Part shown: positions 39,822-53,974 of the stretch, piece by piece
How the letters are laid out: each line of letters begins with the position of its first letter
Position numbering within the stretch: the stretch's first letter is position 1
Assembly (NCBI RefSeq): GCF_006345805.1
Contig: NC_043014.1
Location: forward strand, 15,128,001-15,192,000
Direction: 5' to 3'
Length of the DNA stretch: 64,000 bases
DNA from: Octopus sinensis
Taxonomy: Eukaryota
Translations under genes and position numbers: made by a program
Notes under the pieces: model-generated
Database searches by the model: none
The model's input: the letters and a program-made list of their open reading frames with translations, nothing else
Told to the model about the DNA's origin: nothing

Positions 39822-40054
39822 TATTTCTTTACTACCCACAAGGGGTTAAACACAGAGTAGACAAACAAGGACAGACAAATGGATTAAGTCTATTACATCG
39901 ACCCCAGTGCGTAACTGGTACTTAATTTATCGACCCCGAAAGGATGAAAGGCAAAGTCGACCTCGGCAGAATTTGAACTCAGAACGTAACGGCAAACGAA
40001 ATACGGCTACGCATTTCGCCCGACATGCTAACGATTCTGCCAGCTCACCGCCTT
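39822..40054 (-). mobile_element. SINE family B with 17-bp TSD
   Basis: ATATGTCAGT(G/A)TATAAC at 39805-39821 and 40055-40071. Confidence 0.9.
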
Positions 40055-40291
40055 ATATGTCAGTATATAACAGGGCATTTAATCCAATACTCACTGATTT
40101 TGTTACTCTACTTCTATTCATTTACTGGTTTCCTTCATTGGACTGTGACTGTGCTTAAGCACTGCTTTCAAGGGACTTAATCAGTCATATCAAGCCAGTG
40201 CAGAGAAACGGGATGACATGGCTGAGTCATGTGCTAAGAAAGGATGAAAGTGTCTGGGTGAGAGGAGTGATGGAAATAAATTTAGAAGGAA

Positions 40292-40363
<72 letters not shown>

Positions 40364-41604
40364 TTATTTATCTATCTATCTGTCTATCTATCTATCTTAT
40401 TTCTTTATTGCCCACAAGGGGCTAAACATAGCTGGGACAAACAAGGACAGACAAAGAGATTAAGTTGATTAGATCGACCCCAGTGCATAACTGGTACTTA
40501 ATTTATTGACCCCAAAAGGATGAAAGGCAAAGTCGACCTCGGCAGAATTTGAACTCAAAAGTTAATGGCAGACAAAATACCGCTAAGCATTTCACCCAGC
40601 GTGCTAACGTTTCTGCCAGCTCGCATCTATCTATCTATCTATGTCTATCCATCCATCCATCCACCTATCAAGGACATTTTTTTCTATAACCTATGTATCC
40701 TTCCTTATCAATATGAGGATATGGAAGACAAAGAATATGGAAAAATATGGAGAAAAATACCACAAGGACCACAAGGCTAACACCTGCTTTAACAAAGAAA
40801 ATGGCCTTGATATACTTCTTGTTGCTGTATTTATTGGATTTTTGGGTTTATCTTTAACATAAAGGAGCTCCGCCGAATACACCTTTTTACACCATTGTAC
40901 AGAGGCAGATATGCACCTATGATAGCTTTCATACAGTTTCTGTGTCCCAGATCTCACTCACAAGGGGTTAAGTAGTAGACGAGTGTAGAAAGTGCCCTTC
41001 ATTGGGGGCAATCACAGAATCTTCTGCTTATGAAACAATTCAACTAAAAGCTATGCCAACACTGATATGTAGAGGAATCTCCTACATGGTGTCTGGCCAA
41101 GTAAATAGCAGCCAATTCTCCCTCAAATCACGTCCTGCTGTCTTTAAAAAAGAGACCCATTAGATAATGTCCTGGGAAAAGATAGGATGGTCTTATAGAA
41201 AAAGACAAGATGGCCATGGCTAGAATACCCTTGATTATAGATCTGTTCTATCAGCTTAACCTAGGGTTAAACAATAAGAACTAAAATAGTGAAATAACGC
41301 ATGAGGTGTGGTTAACTTAACATCTATTATTTCGTTATCTAAAACCTCACCTGACATAACTGTTCACAATCTTTTGATTACAGATAGAAAAAAAAAAGGC
41401 TTGGTTTTTTTTTTTTGGTTTTTTTATTATAAGAAGTTTTATTAACCCCAATGACTTTTAAACTGCAAAATGTTTGAAGTGGAACTAATTAAGTGAGGTA
41501 CAACTGAACTTGCCATCTCAACTACTCTGAAGTGGGTTGAGGGTATCTGAGGGTGGATATTAACTTCCAAAACTGTGCCACTGACTTCAATCAAATAGAT
41601 ATAT

Positions 41605-41645
<41 letters not shown>

Positions 41646-41983
41646 CAGATGTATATATAAAATATACGAAATTAGCATGCTAATTTAATGCATCTTACTC
41701 AGAGTGGGGAGGGGTTTCTCCCCTGTCAATATACAGAGTCCATGTGCTTTTGTGACTAATGAGTCTACGACTCCTATTTCAAGCAATACTGGTGTTCACT
41801 GCACCCTTGTCACTCTTAGTGATGGTGAATTATTTCCTTATTGGTTTTAAATTGCTGCCAACCACCTTGATTATAATACACACACACACACACATGCACG
41901 CACGCACACACATATATATTTAATTTTAAGTTTTTAACTTTACAACTTGTGTCTCTTTACAATTTAACATTTTTTAATTACAG

Positions 41984-43471
41984 ATTGCTCAATACTGTCC
42001 CTTGGGTGGTGACCCTCACAGACTGTTGGCTGGCTTACAACAGGTCCTACATAGGGATGACAGCACAGTGACTGGATCACAAGACTCATACAAGACAACA
42101 TGACATCCTAGCCTGCTCACAGCTCAGAGGACATCACACCTTTGATGTTTTTGCCCAGGCCATGGTGGACATCCATTACAAGTTCCATCTGCAAGACAAG
42201 GTGACCAGAATGACAACAGATAATGGCAAAAACTTTGTCAAGGCATTTATGTAGCTTGGTACAGAAGTTGAACTCTTGCCAGACATTCCTGAGGCTGCTG
42301 CTGATCCAAACATGGAAGGCATTGAGGATGTGAACCTGGACATGGATTTTGAGGCTGGAGATGTGGACAAAGTTGAGTACATTGTTGAGTCTATTGATGC
42401 TATCCTTGATGAGCCCAGTGGCCTGTGCCTAAACCTGCCAGTGCACATAAAGTGCACAGCCCATACCTTCAACTTGGAAGCCAGCATGGATGCCGACAAA
42501 GCTCTTGACAGTGCTTTGTTCAAATCAGTCGACAGGAAAGCCATGTTCAAAGCACAGTGCCTGTAGAATCAGCAGAGCTGCAGCACGGTGGCAGCAGACA
42601 GTATTCTGGATGTATTGAAGAAGAGGCTGGCATTTCCCAACACTACCAGATGGAACTCTGTCTATGACTCTGTTGTTGTCCTCAACAACCTACTGACGAA
42701 GAATAGGGAGCTGTCTACAAGGTGATGACGCAGCTGAAGCTATAGGCCTTCACTGATTCTGAAATCGGCTTCCTGACAGAGTACGCCCAGGTGATATCTA
42801 ATGTTGCCAAGGCCTTTGATAAAATCCAAGGGGTGGACTAGGCTTATCTTGGGAGCCTTCTGCCAACTGTAGTGGCTACTGTCATAAAGTTGAAGGGGGC
42901 TGAGTTCAAACATTTCCTGTACTGCAGCCCTCTGGTAGACATGACACTGGCAGACCACGAAAAGGTTTGGGATCCTCCTAGAAGACCTGAAGTGCCAGCT
43001 AGCTGCTGCCTTCCACTGCAAGTTTCACCTGTTCTGGCTGGAGCAGTATAATAACAGCCAGGTTAGCAGAGTAGCGAACGCCATGGAGACCATCATAGAG
43101 AAAGTCCTAATGGAGACCAATGAGGAGGGTAGCAGCACTACCAGCAATGAAAACGAGGAAGATGATTTCTTCAGCAACATCACTTCTGGGAGAGCAGGAG
43201 CCACAGGTCACTGAAATCCAAGGCGCAGAACTTGGTGAAGATCTGACTGGATGCTGTCTTGAAGAAGGTCTTGAGTGAAGTTTCCTTTTTGAGTGAGTAG
43301 GTCTTGATTGACCTGTTCTTCAATTATAACATCACCATCCCTTCCAGTGTTGCAGTTGATATTTTGAGGACCAAGAGAGTCACCTTGTCAGGTGGAAACT
43401 TTGAGAGGCTGATGTTTATGAAGGACAACCAGCATCACATCAGGGCGATAAAGAAGGCTCAGCCAGAGTAG
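41984..43471 (+). pseudogene. hAT-superfamily transposase pseudogene
   Basis: Motifs TLTDCWLAYNRSYIGMTA (first catalytic D), RGHHTFD, MTTDNGKNFVKAF (second D), KCTAHTFNL (CxxH), PNTTRWNSVY, YNITIPSSVAV and NFERLMFMK. Several stops and frameshifts; the catalytic E segment appears deleted. Confidence 0.92.
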
Positions 43472-43891
43472 TACACTTGATCATCATCTGATCTTGGCAT
43501 GATACCTATACTACACGATACCTTTTTAAGACTTTTGTACAGTAAAACAAGTGTATGTTGACTGAGAAACTGATATTTAATTACTCTTATTCATTTAATT
43601 ATTTGCATACACCTTGATGATCATATGATCTTGGCATGCTATATCTTTTTGGAAAGCTCTGTCTAAACTACATGAAAATTTCAGCACTCTAGGTCTGTTT
43701 TTAGGGGTTTTAGAGCCAAAAACCAAACCAAACTACATTCATATGATAACAGTAAACGGCTATCATTTAGTATTAGCTTCCACTAATTTTTTTTACCTGT
43801 TTAGCAGTTTAGCATTTGCGACCCTAGACTTTTTAGTTAGCAGTTTAGCAGTAGGCCAAGCTAACTTTTTGGTTAGCCGTACCCACCACTG
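41984..43891 (+). mobile_element. hAT DNA transposon, 3' portion ending in a candidate TIR
   Basis: Ends GTTAGCCGTACCCACCACTG (reverse complement CAGTGGTGGGTAC...) at a (TA)n tract, with TTAGCAG subterminal repeats. No 5' TIR found. Confidence 0.7.
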
Positions 43892-43894
43892 TAT

Positions 43895-43938
<44 letters not shown>

Positions 43939-44085
43939 AATAGCTTTATCTATATATACATCATCATCATCATCATTTAACACATCCGCTTTCCATGCTG
44001 GCATGGGTTGGAAGGTTGGCTTGGACCCAGCCAGGTAGAAGACTGCTCCAAGCTACTGTGTTTGTTTATGTATATGTATATATAT

Positions 44086-44132
<47 letters not shown>

Positions 44133-44275
44133 GCGATGATGATTCGGTGTCTGACTGAAGGCTTCGAATGATTTGTCTGTGTTCCGTGTTTGTCCCTTCC
44201 TGTATTTCACGTTCTTTATATATAAAATATTTATCCCTATATTATTGCGGCGTTACGTGCACCCCCCCCCCGTTT

Positions 44276-44374
<99 letters not shown>

Positions 44375-44872
44375 TATATACATATATATAATATATATAT
44401 ATACACACACCAAATATATAGCAATACTACCCTGACTGCCGGTAGCTATCTTGGACTTCCTGTATTTCTTTATTTGGCAATCCAAAGTGTGAAGGAGTTG
44501 GGTTCCCATTAGGGGGCCTGTGAAACTTGAAGTAGCACAAGACTGAATCAACTACTTTCAATGACATATGTATGTATATATATCATCATCATCATCATCA
44601 TCATTTAACATCCGCTTTCCATGCTAGCATGGGTTGGACGGTTCAACTGGGGTCTGGGGAGCCCGAAAGCTGCACCAGTCCAGTCAGATCTGGCAGTGTT
44701 TCTACAGCTGGATGCCCTTCCTAACGCCAACCACTCCGAGAGTGTAGTGGGTGATTTTATGTGCCACCGACACAGGTGCCAGACGAGGCTGGCAAACGGC
44801 CACGCTTGGATGGTGTTTTTTTTATGTGCCACCGACACAGGTGCCAGACGAGGCTGGCAGACGGCCACGCTC

Positions 44873-47800
44873 AGATGGTGTTTTTATGTGCCACCGACAC
44901 AGGTGCCAGATGAGGCTGGCAAACGGCCACGATCGGATGGTGTTTGTTACGTGCCCACAGCACGGAGGCCAGTCGATGCGGTACTGGCTACGGCCACGTT
45001 CGGATGGTTTTCTTGTGTGCCACGTGCCACCGGCACTGGTACCACAAAGATACAAATTCCATTGATGTTCATCTATTTTGATTTGTTTTGATTTTCACTT
45101 GCCTCAACAGGTCTTCACAAGTGTCACAAGAAGGAAGGTAAGCACAGGTGGACTGACTACGTCCCAGGTAAGGGCCACGGGTTATAGCCTGACTAGTCTT
45201 GCCGGGTCTTCGGATGGTGTTTTTATGTGCCACCGACATAGGTGCCAGATGAGGCTGGCGAACGGCCACGATCGGATGGTGTTTGTTACGTGCCCACAGC
45301 ACGGAGGCCATTCGATGCGGTACTGGCTACGGCCACGTTCGGATGGTTTTCTTGTGTGCCACCGGCACTGGTACCACAAAGATACAAATTCCATTAATGT
45401 TCATCTATTTTGATTTGTTTTGATTTTGATTTTATTTGATGTTGATTTTCACTTGCCTCAACAGGTTTTCACAAGTGTCACAAGAAGGAAGGTATGCACA
45501 GGTGGACTGACTACGTCCCAGGTAGGGCCCACAGGTTATGGCCTAACTAGTCTTGCCGGTCTTCGGATGGTGTTTTTATGTGCCACTGACACAGGTGCCA
45601 GATGAGGCTGGCGAACGGCCACGATCGGATGTGTGTTTGTTACGTGCCCACAGCACGGAGGCCAGTCGGTGCGGCACTGGCTACGGCCACGTTCGGATGG
45701 TTTTCTTGTGTGCCACCGGCACTGGTACCACAAAGATACAGATTCCATTGATGTTCATCTATTTTGATTTGTTTTTATTTTCACTTGCCTCAACAGGTCT
45801 TCACAAGTGTCACAAGAAGGAAGGTATGCACAGGTGGACTGACTACGTCCCAGGTAGGGGCCATGGGATATGGCCTGACTAGTCTTGCCGGGTCTTCGGA
45901 TGGTGTTTTTATGTGCCACCGACACAGGTGCTAGATGAGGCTGGCGAACGGCCACGATCGGATGGTGTTTGTTATGTGCCCACAGCACGATGGCCAGTCG
46001 ATGCGGTACTGACTACGGCCACGTTCGGATGGATTTCTTGTGTGCCACAGGCACTGGTACCACAAAGATACAAATTCCATTGATGTTCATCTATTTTGAT
46101 TTGATTTTGATTTTCACTTGCCTCAACAGGTCTTCACAAGTGTCACAAGAGGAAGGTATGCACAGGTGGACTGACTAGTCTTGCCGGGTCTTCGGAATGT
46201 GTTTTTATGTGCCACCGACACAGGTGCCAGATGAGGCTGGCAAATGGCCACGATCGGATGGTGTTTGTTACGTGCCCACAGCACGGAGGCCAGTCGATGC
46301 GGTACTGGCTACGGCCACGTTCGGATGGTTTTCTTGTGTGCCACGTGCCACCGGCACTGGTACCACAAAGATACAAATTCCATTGATGTTCATCTATTTT
46401 GATTTGTTTTGATTTTCACTTGCCTCAACAGGTCTTCACAAGTGTCACAAGAAGGAAGGTAAGCACAGGTGGACTGACTACGTCCCAGGTAAGGGCCACG
46501 GGTTATGGCCTGACTAGTCTTGCCGGGTCTTCGGATGGTGTTTTTATGTGCCACCGACATAGGTGCCAGATGAGGCTGGCGAACGGCCACGATCGGATGG
46601 TGTTTGTTACGTGCCCACAGCACGGAGGCCATTCGATGCGGTACTGGCTACGGCCACGTTCGGATGGTTTTCTTGTGTGCCACCGGCACTGGTACCACAA
46701 AGATACAAATTCCATTAATGTTCATCTATTTTGATTTGTTTTGATTTATTTTATTTGATGTTGATTTTCACTTGCCTCAACAGGTCTTCACAAGTGTCAC
46801 AAGAAGGAAGGTATGCACAGGTGGACTGACTACGTCCCAGGTAGGGCCCACAGGTTATGGCCTAACTAGTCTTGCCGGGTCTTCGGATGGTGTTTTTATG
46901 TGCCACTGACACAGGTGCCAGATGAGGCTGGCGAACGGCCACGATCGGATGGTGTTTGTTACGTGCCCACAGCACGGAGGCCAGTCGGTGCGGCACTGGC
47001 TACGGCCACGTTCGGATGGTTTTCTTGTGTGCCACCGGCACTGGTACCACAAAGATACAGATTCCATTGATGTTCATCTATTTTGATTTGTTTTTATTTT
47101 CACTTGCCTCAACAGGTCTTCACAAGTGTCACAAGAAGGAAGGTATGCACAGGTGGACTGACTACGTCCCAGGTAGGGGCCATGGGATATGGCCTGACTA
47201 GTCTTGCCGGGTCTTCGGATGGTGTTTTTATGTGCCACCGACACAGGTGCTAGATGAGGCTGGCGAACGGCCACGATCGGATGGTGTTTGTTATGTGCCC
47301 ACAGCACGATGGCCAGTCGATGCGGTACTGACTACGGCCACGTTCGGATGGATTTCTTGTGTGCCACAGGCACTGGTACCACAAAGATACAAATTCCATT
47401 GATGTTCATCTATTTTGATTTGATTTGATTTTCACTTGCCTCAACAGGTCTTCACAAGTGTCACAAGAGGAAGGTATGCACAGGTGGACTGACTAGTCTT
47501 GCCGGGTCTTCGGAATGTGTTTTTATGTGCCACCGACACAGGTGCCAGATGAGGCTGGCGAACGGCCATGATCGGATGGTGTTTGTTACGTGCCCACAGC
47601 ACGGAGGCCGGTCGATGCGGAACTGGCTACGGCCACGTTCGGATGGTTTTCTTGTGTGCCACCGGCACTGGTACCACAAAGATACAGATTCCATTGATGT
47701 TCATCTATTTTGATTTGTTTTGATTTTCACTTGCCTCAACAGGTCTTCACAAGTGTCACAAGAAGGAAGGTATGCACAGGTGGACTGACTACGTCCAGGT

Positions 47801-48316
47801 AGGGGCCATGGTTATGGCCTGACTAGTCTTGCCGGGTCTTCGGATGGTGTTTTTATGTGCCACCGACACAGGTGCTAGATGAGGCTGGCAAACGGCCACG
47901 ATCGGATGGTGTTTGTCATGTGCCCACAGCACGGAGGCCAGTCGATGCGGTACTGGCTACGGCCACTTGCGGATGGTTTTCTTGTGTGCCACCGGCACTG
48001 GTACCACAAAGATACAAATTCCATTGATGTTCATCTATTTTGATTTGTTTTGATTTGATTTTGATTTTCACTTGCCTCAACAGGCCTTCACATGTATCAC
48101 AAGGAGGAAGGTATGCACAGGTGGACTGACTACGTCCCAGGTAGGGGCCATGGGTTATGGCCTGACTAGTCTTGCCGGGTCTTCGGATGGTGTTTTTATG
48201 TGCCACCGACACAGGTGCTAGATGAGGCTGGCGAACGGCCACGATCGGATGGTGTTTGTTATGTGCCCACAGCACGATGGCCAGTGATGCGGTACTCACT
48301 ACGGCCACGTTCGGAT
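44873..48316. repeat. Tandem array of ~10.4 monomers (~295-353 bp) with a 4-monomer higher-order repeat, grown inside an RTE-tailed element (starts 44583)
   Basis: Monomer starts at 44873, 45212, 45565, 45898, 46194, 46533, 46885, 47217, 47512, 47842, 48185. Confidence 0.95.
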
Positions 48317-48435
48317 ATATATATATATATATATATATATCATCATCATCATCATTGTTTAACTTCCACTTTCCATGCTAGTGACCGCGTGTGTACCGTT
48401 GGCGATTTTTTTTCCTCTGTCTTCCCTTCTTCTAT

Positions 48436-48470
48436 GTTTCCGACGAAGAGCTCCGCTCGAAACGTTAAAC
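48436..48470 (+). ncRNA. Minimal hammerhead ribozyme motif (U4C core variant)
   Basis: GTTT-CCGACGA-A-GAGC tcc GCTC-GAAA-CG-TT-AAAC, with palindromic stem III AACGTT. Confidence 0.65.
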
Positions 48471-48566
48471 CCTCCTTCTTTCCTCCTTTCCTGAGCGTCC
48501 AATAATACTATATTTGTTCCACATCCTCGCGTTGTGTTTTTTTTGTGCTTTCTTGTTTGTATTAAC

Positions 48567-48597
<31 letters not shown>

Positions 48598-48784
48598 GTC
48601 TATATATATATGTACGAGGGGACAGCCATCATATGTATGTATATATATATATATATATATAGATGCATATATACATACATACATACATACATACATTACA
48701 TACATACATATACACACACTACACACACATACATATATGCATGCACACACACACATCAGAATGGATAGAAAATAGATGTACGTC

Positions 48785-48816
<32 letters not shown>

Positions 48817-48835
48817 TGTGTGTGTGTGTGTGTTG

Positions 48836-48891
<56 letters not shown>

Positions 48892-50717
48892 ATAGATGAT
48901 ATTGTAGATCACTAAGTAGGAAACTAATACAGATTGCTCTCTTTGTCTGACTGGAGCTTTGATCTGAAATGCTGGGCAGAGATTGGGAAACAAGATAGCG
49001 TATCATTTGATCTCATAAATATATGAAGATGTGCGGTTTTTGTGCCCACATGCGTGTGTGTGTGTCTCTGTGTGTTTGTGTGCATGCGTGTGTGTGTATG
49101 TTTGTGTGTGTGAGAGTGTGTGTGTGTGTGTTATGCCTTAGGGTGTATTTTTCTAAGGCAGTATGCATGTGTTTGTGTGTATGCGCACATGTGCATGAGG
49201 GTGATAGAAAGCCCATAATAACATGTTTATCAGGAGACATGAAGCGAAGAACGTACAAGAGTACATGTGTTTTTAAAACAAATGGGTCATCAGGGCCATA
49301 TGGAAATACAACAAACAAACAACCATTAATCTAGCATTGATAAACTATAATCTCTAATCTGAAAACTCTGTGTGTCAAGATGTACTGGAAATGTCTGGTT
49401 TTAAAAGAAAACCTGTTGATATTATCAGGAGTCGGGGAGGGGATGTCTTGTGGGGTGATTGTTATTTTTAAAATTCTTCCATTTTATCTTTGCTAACCTT
49501 AGGTCATGCGCTCATGTCATTAACATAATATCATAATCTCTGTTGCCATTATTAGTAACGAGGTGAGGTCTGTTTTGACAAGGAACATGTAAACTCTAGG
49601 GCAATGTCAAGAACAACAGAAATCAGGAGATAGCCCACTCACCTCCACCATGCCAACAAACACTGCCCCACCCCCGACCCCGCCAGGACCACTGCCACTG
49701 CTGCCACTTAGAAAAATCGGTTCATTTCAAATCGTTATTTTATCAAAACAACAATAGCAACCAACAAACAAACAAAAAAAACTAACTCTTCTGATAACTT
49801 CATTATTTTGATAGTAAACAATTAAGCACTTGATAATCTCATTTAATAATAGTATGTCTAATTAGCTTACATATGTATAAAGTGGAGGTACCCTTGGTTT
49901 GTCATCATGTGATGGTTATAAACTAGTATTAATGTCATACAAGCCATGTTGTTTGTTTTTAGTCCTCCATGATAAAACATGTCTAGCTATGGGGAAATAT
50001 TAGCTTGCTTGGAAGCAGGTACAAAATGACAACAGGGTGGGCATCTAGCTGTAGAAAATATACCTCAATAAATTTTACCTGAGCCATGAAAGCATTACCA
50101 TTATACAAGCAATGTTGTTTATTACTAGTCTTTCACAAAAAAACATGTCTGACTAAGGGAAAATTTTACTTTTCATGTAAAGCAGGTAAGTGCTTGTGAT
50201 TAGAAGAGCATTTGGCTCTAGAAAACCTGCATCCATTGCAAGCATGTAAAAGTACCATCGTCACCATCATCATCATTTAATGTTTGTTTCCCATGCTGGC
50301 ATGGGTTGGACAGTTTGACAGGAGCGGGCAAGCTGGGAGGTCTCATTTGGCTTGATATTTCTATGACTGGATGCCCTTCCGAATGCCAACTATACATTAC
50401 AATATGTACTGGGCACTTTCAACATGGCCCTGCAAGAGCGCTTTTTGCATGGCCCTGGCACACAACTCTTGCAGCGCAATCCTCCAAGGGAAGTGGCCTT
50501 AACACCTTTGCTGTCGAGGACAAGTCTTATGAGAAGTTCAGCATCCGGAGGTTGCCCTTCAGTACATCGTCCCATGTCTTCCTGCATCTCCCTCTTCTAC
50601 CTGTCCCATCCCAGTCAAAACTAATTCTATAAAATATCTATATATCCCAACAGGAGAGAAATATTTGTATTTCTTGAAAGAAATTGTCCATAAATATATA
50701 TATATATATATATATAT

Positions 50718-51013
50718 AAGTATATTAGAAATATTGGGGGTTATGTACAGATTTAATACATATGAAAGAAAAAGGTGTTCAGAATGCTGGATGGTTGTAT
50801 AAAGAAAAAAATATTTATTTACATATCACATATTATTTCTTCAAATCACATATTTAATTACAATTTTAAGCACTTTCAACCACTACTGTAGTTTTGAAAG
50901 CGCTTAAGTATGTAATTAAATATGTGATTTGAAGAAATAATATGTGATATGTAAATAAATATATATTTTTTTTATATACAACCATCCAGCATTCTGAACG
51001 CCTTTTTCTTTCA
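50718..51013 (-). mobile_element. Fold-back insert in (TA)n: ~250-bp imperfect palindrome plus ~45-nt tail
   Basis: TGAAAGAAAAAGGTGTTCAGAATGCTGGATGGTTGTATA (50763) pairs with TATACAACCATCCAGCATTCTGAACGCCTTTTTCTTTCA (51013). Near the centre GAAAGCGCTTA resembles an HHR 3' half. Confidence 0.75.
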
Positions 51014-51018
51014 CATAT

Positions 51019-51106
<88 letters not shown>

Positions 51107-51146
51107 TATATATATATGTATGTATGTATGTATGTATATATATGTA

Positions 51147-51207
<61 letters not shown>

Positions 51208-51458
51208 ATGTATGTATGTATATATGTGTGGAGGCATGTGGCTTAGTGGTTAGGGTGTCAGCACCATGATCGTCAGATTGTGGTTTCGATTCCTGGACCG
51301 GGTGACACATTGCGTTCTTGAGCAAAACACTTCATTTTCACATTGCTCCAGTCCATTCAGCTGGCAAAAATGAGTAACACTGCAATGGACTGGCATCCCA
51401 TCCAGCTGGGGAACTCATCCACCATAGAAACTGAGAAACCGGACCCATGAGCCTGGCT

Positions 51459-51503
<45 letters not shown>

Positions 51504-52195
51504 TTCAGCTGATCTAATGGAGAAAACATGCACAGTTTTTAAATTCCAATCATCTGCAATCAGAAGTAACTATGCTTGTGGTGGTTGAGATTGTTAGCAT
51601 TGCTGCTTTCATTTCCTAGTGAGCTTTGTTAAATAGTCATCGTAACGAATTTGTCTTTTGTAAATGTAGAAAAACATTATGATATGTCATTCACCAGAAT
51701 TAAAGTTTAAACAGTCATAATGGAAGATGGAGAGTAAGCTGAAAGGAAATTAATGAAGTATGACTATTGGATATCTAACATGATAGGTCAAGTTTGTATC
51801 AGATACAAAAAACAAAAGAATATTAAATTCAGACATTTGAATGTTATTTAGATGAATGACTAAGATGGTATGTCTATATACTTTGTAAAGCACTAGTTAA
51901 ACCACAAATATGGTCAAAGGTACTTGCTCACAAAGAGACACAGGGCAGGATTGAACCAGCAGTCATGTAGTTGTGAAGCAAATTTCTTAACCACAGAGCC
52001 ACTCTTGCACCATGTACTTAAGTCTCCCAACGTAGTTGTGATGACACATTATTTGCATCAGTGTGACATACTTATATACTGTCATATCATCATCACCATC
52101 GTTGTCATCATCATCATCATCATCACCATCACCCTCAACATTGCTATCATCATTGTTATCATCATCATCATCGTTGTCATCATTGTCATTGACAC

Positions 52196-52228
<33 letters not shown>

Positions 52229-52844
52229 TGCCCTTGCCATTGTCATCATCATCGTTATCATTGCCATCATCATGATTGTTCTAGCATCCCCTCTTCCATT
52301 CTTGCATGATTCAGATGGAATTTCTTGAGACTAATTTTTTTACAGCTGGATGCCTTTCCTGTCACCAACCTTCAGCTGTTTCCAAGCAAGGCAATATTTC
52401 TCCATGGCCTGACATGCTTTTCATGGAAGATTGAAAATAAACATTTCTCCTATGTTGGTGACACTCATTTACAGCTACTGCACAATAGCCAGATAAGAGG
52501 ACACCAGCAAATATATATGCACACACACAAATACACACTCACACATATACATATATGGGTGGGTGGGTGTGTATGTGTGTGTGCAATGAGCTTCCCTCAG
52601 TTTCTGTTAATCAAATCCACTCACAAGACTTTGGTCAGCCCAGGGCTATAATAAAAGACACAAAGACATTTGGCCAATATGACACACCATGGGACTGAAC
52701 CTGGAACCATGTGGCTGGGAAGCAATTTCTTAACCACACAGCCACACATACACATCAGGCAGACAGATTGGAAACAGCATTTCTCAAAGTTATCCCAAAA
52801 AATGTTAGTAAACAGAAGAAACTCCCAAATAGAAAATTTGTTTG

Positions 52845-53131
52845 TTCCTTCTCAAGCCATGCCTGGCTCATAAGGGCCAGTTTCCCAGTTTCCTTGGCGT
52901 ATAGGTTCCCCACCAGGATGGGACGCTGGTCCGTCGCAGGTGAGCTGCAAGATGCAGGAGGAAAGAGTGAGAGAAAGTTGTGGCGAAAAAGTCAGCAGAA
53001 GTTCGCCATTACTTTCTGCTGGAGCCATGATGGAGCTTAGGTGTTTCGCTCATAAACACACACATCGCCCGGTATGAGATTCGAACCCATGATCCCTTGA
53101 CCGCGAGTCCACTGCCCTAACCACTAGGCCA
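52845..53131 (-). mobile_element. tRNA-derived SINE family D
   Basis: Minus head TGGCCTAGTGGTTAGGGCAGTGGACTCGCGGTC...GGGTTCGAATCTC with clear A and B boxes. Confidence 0.8.
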
Positions 53132-53623
53132 ATGCTAATTCTTTTGTGCCCTAAAATCCTTTCCCTGTCTGAATTCCAGTTCCTTTTTCAGCTTTAACTA
53201 TACAGGGCTACAAATGTCAAGCAAAATCTGTGCAACAACCCAGCCACAAGGTTTTCTTTTTTACATTACACTGGCGCTTTGTCATTTCCATACTCTTCAG
53301 TTCCATTTCTGTTTTTTTTTTTGTTGCTTTTTTTTTGTTTTTTGCAACAGAACAAATTGTATTTGGTAAGTATTTGTTGCTAAGTGGACAGAAAAATTTT
53401 GAGAATCAACAGGGAATCATAACAACTGGCACAAAGCAGTGCTGCTGCAGATAGGATATGATGTCTGCTGAACTACCCGAGTCAGTCCACTTCTATCAGA
53501 CTCAAGCTAAGGTACACTTATCAGTGTTTCTGTATATAAACACACATCATCATCATCGTCATTATATATATATATATATATATAATATATATATATATAT
53601 ACATATATATATGTATATATATA

Positions 53624-53690
<67 letters not shown>

Positions 53691-53693
<3 letters not shown>

Positions 53694-53974
53694 CTATACA
53701 ATATGTTACATTACTCGGTAGTCAAGATAAAACTCTGAGTTTCAGATGCCGAAGTGGAAATCCACAACACCATCTCTTCGGTTATCTGGCTATTTGAAAA
53801 CGTTTTCAAATAGCCAGATAACCGAAGAGATGGTGTTGTGGATTTCCACTTCGGCATCTGAAACTCAGAGTTTTATCTTGACTACCGAGTAATGTAACAT
53901 ATTGTATAGATAAATTTCCTCTATTTACATAATATTGAGGTCTCTTTCTTTCTTTTGTTATCTTACCGTTTTAT

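Noticed and set aside
41049-41066. Partial antisense similarity to the miR-31 3' part (TGTTGGCATAGCT)
   Set aside because: No seed match and no precursor hairpin.
44621-48308. Repeated 70-156 aa ORFs, and a possible CRISPR-like array
   Set aside because: The ORFs recur only because the DNA monomer repeats. There are no unique spacers or cas genes, and the context is eukaryotic.
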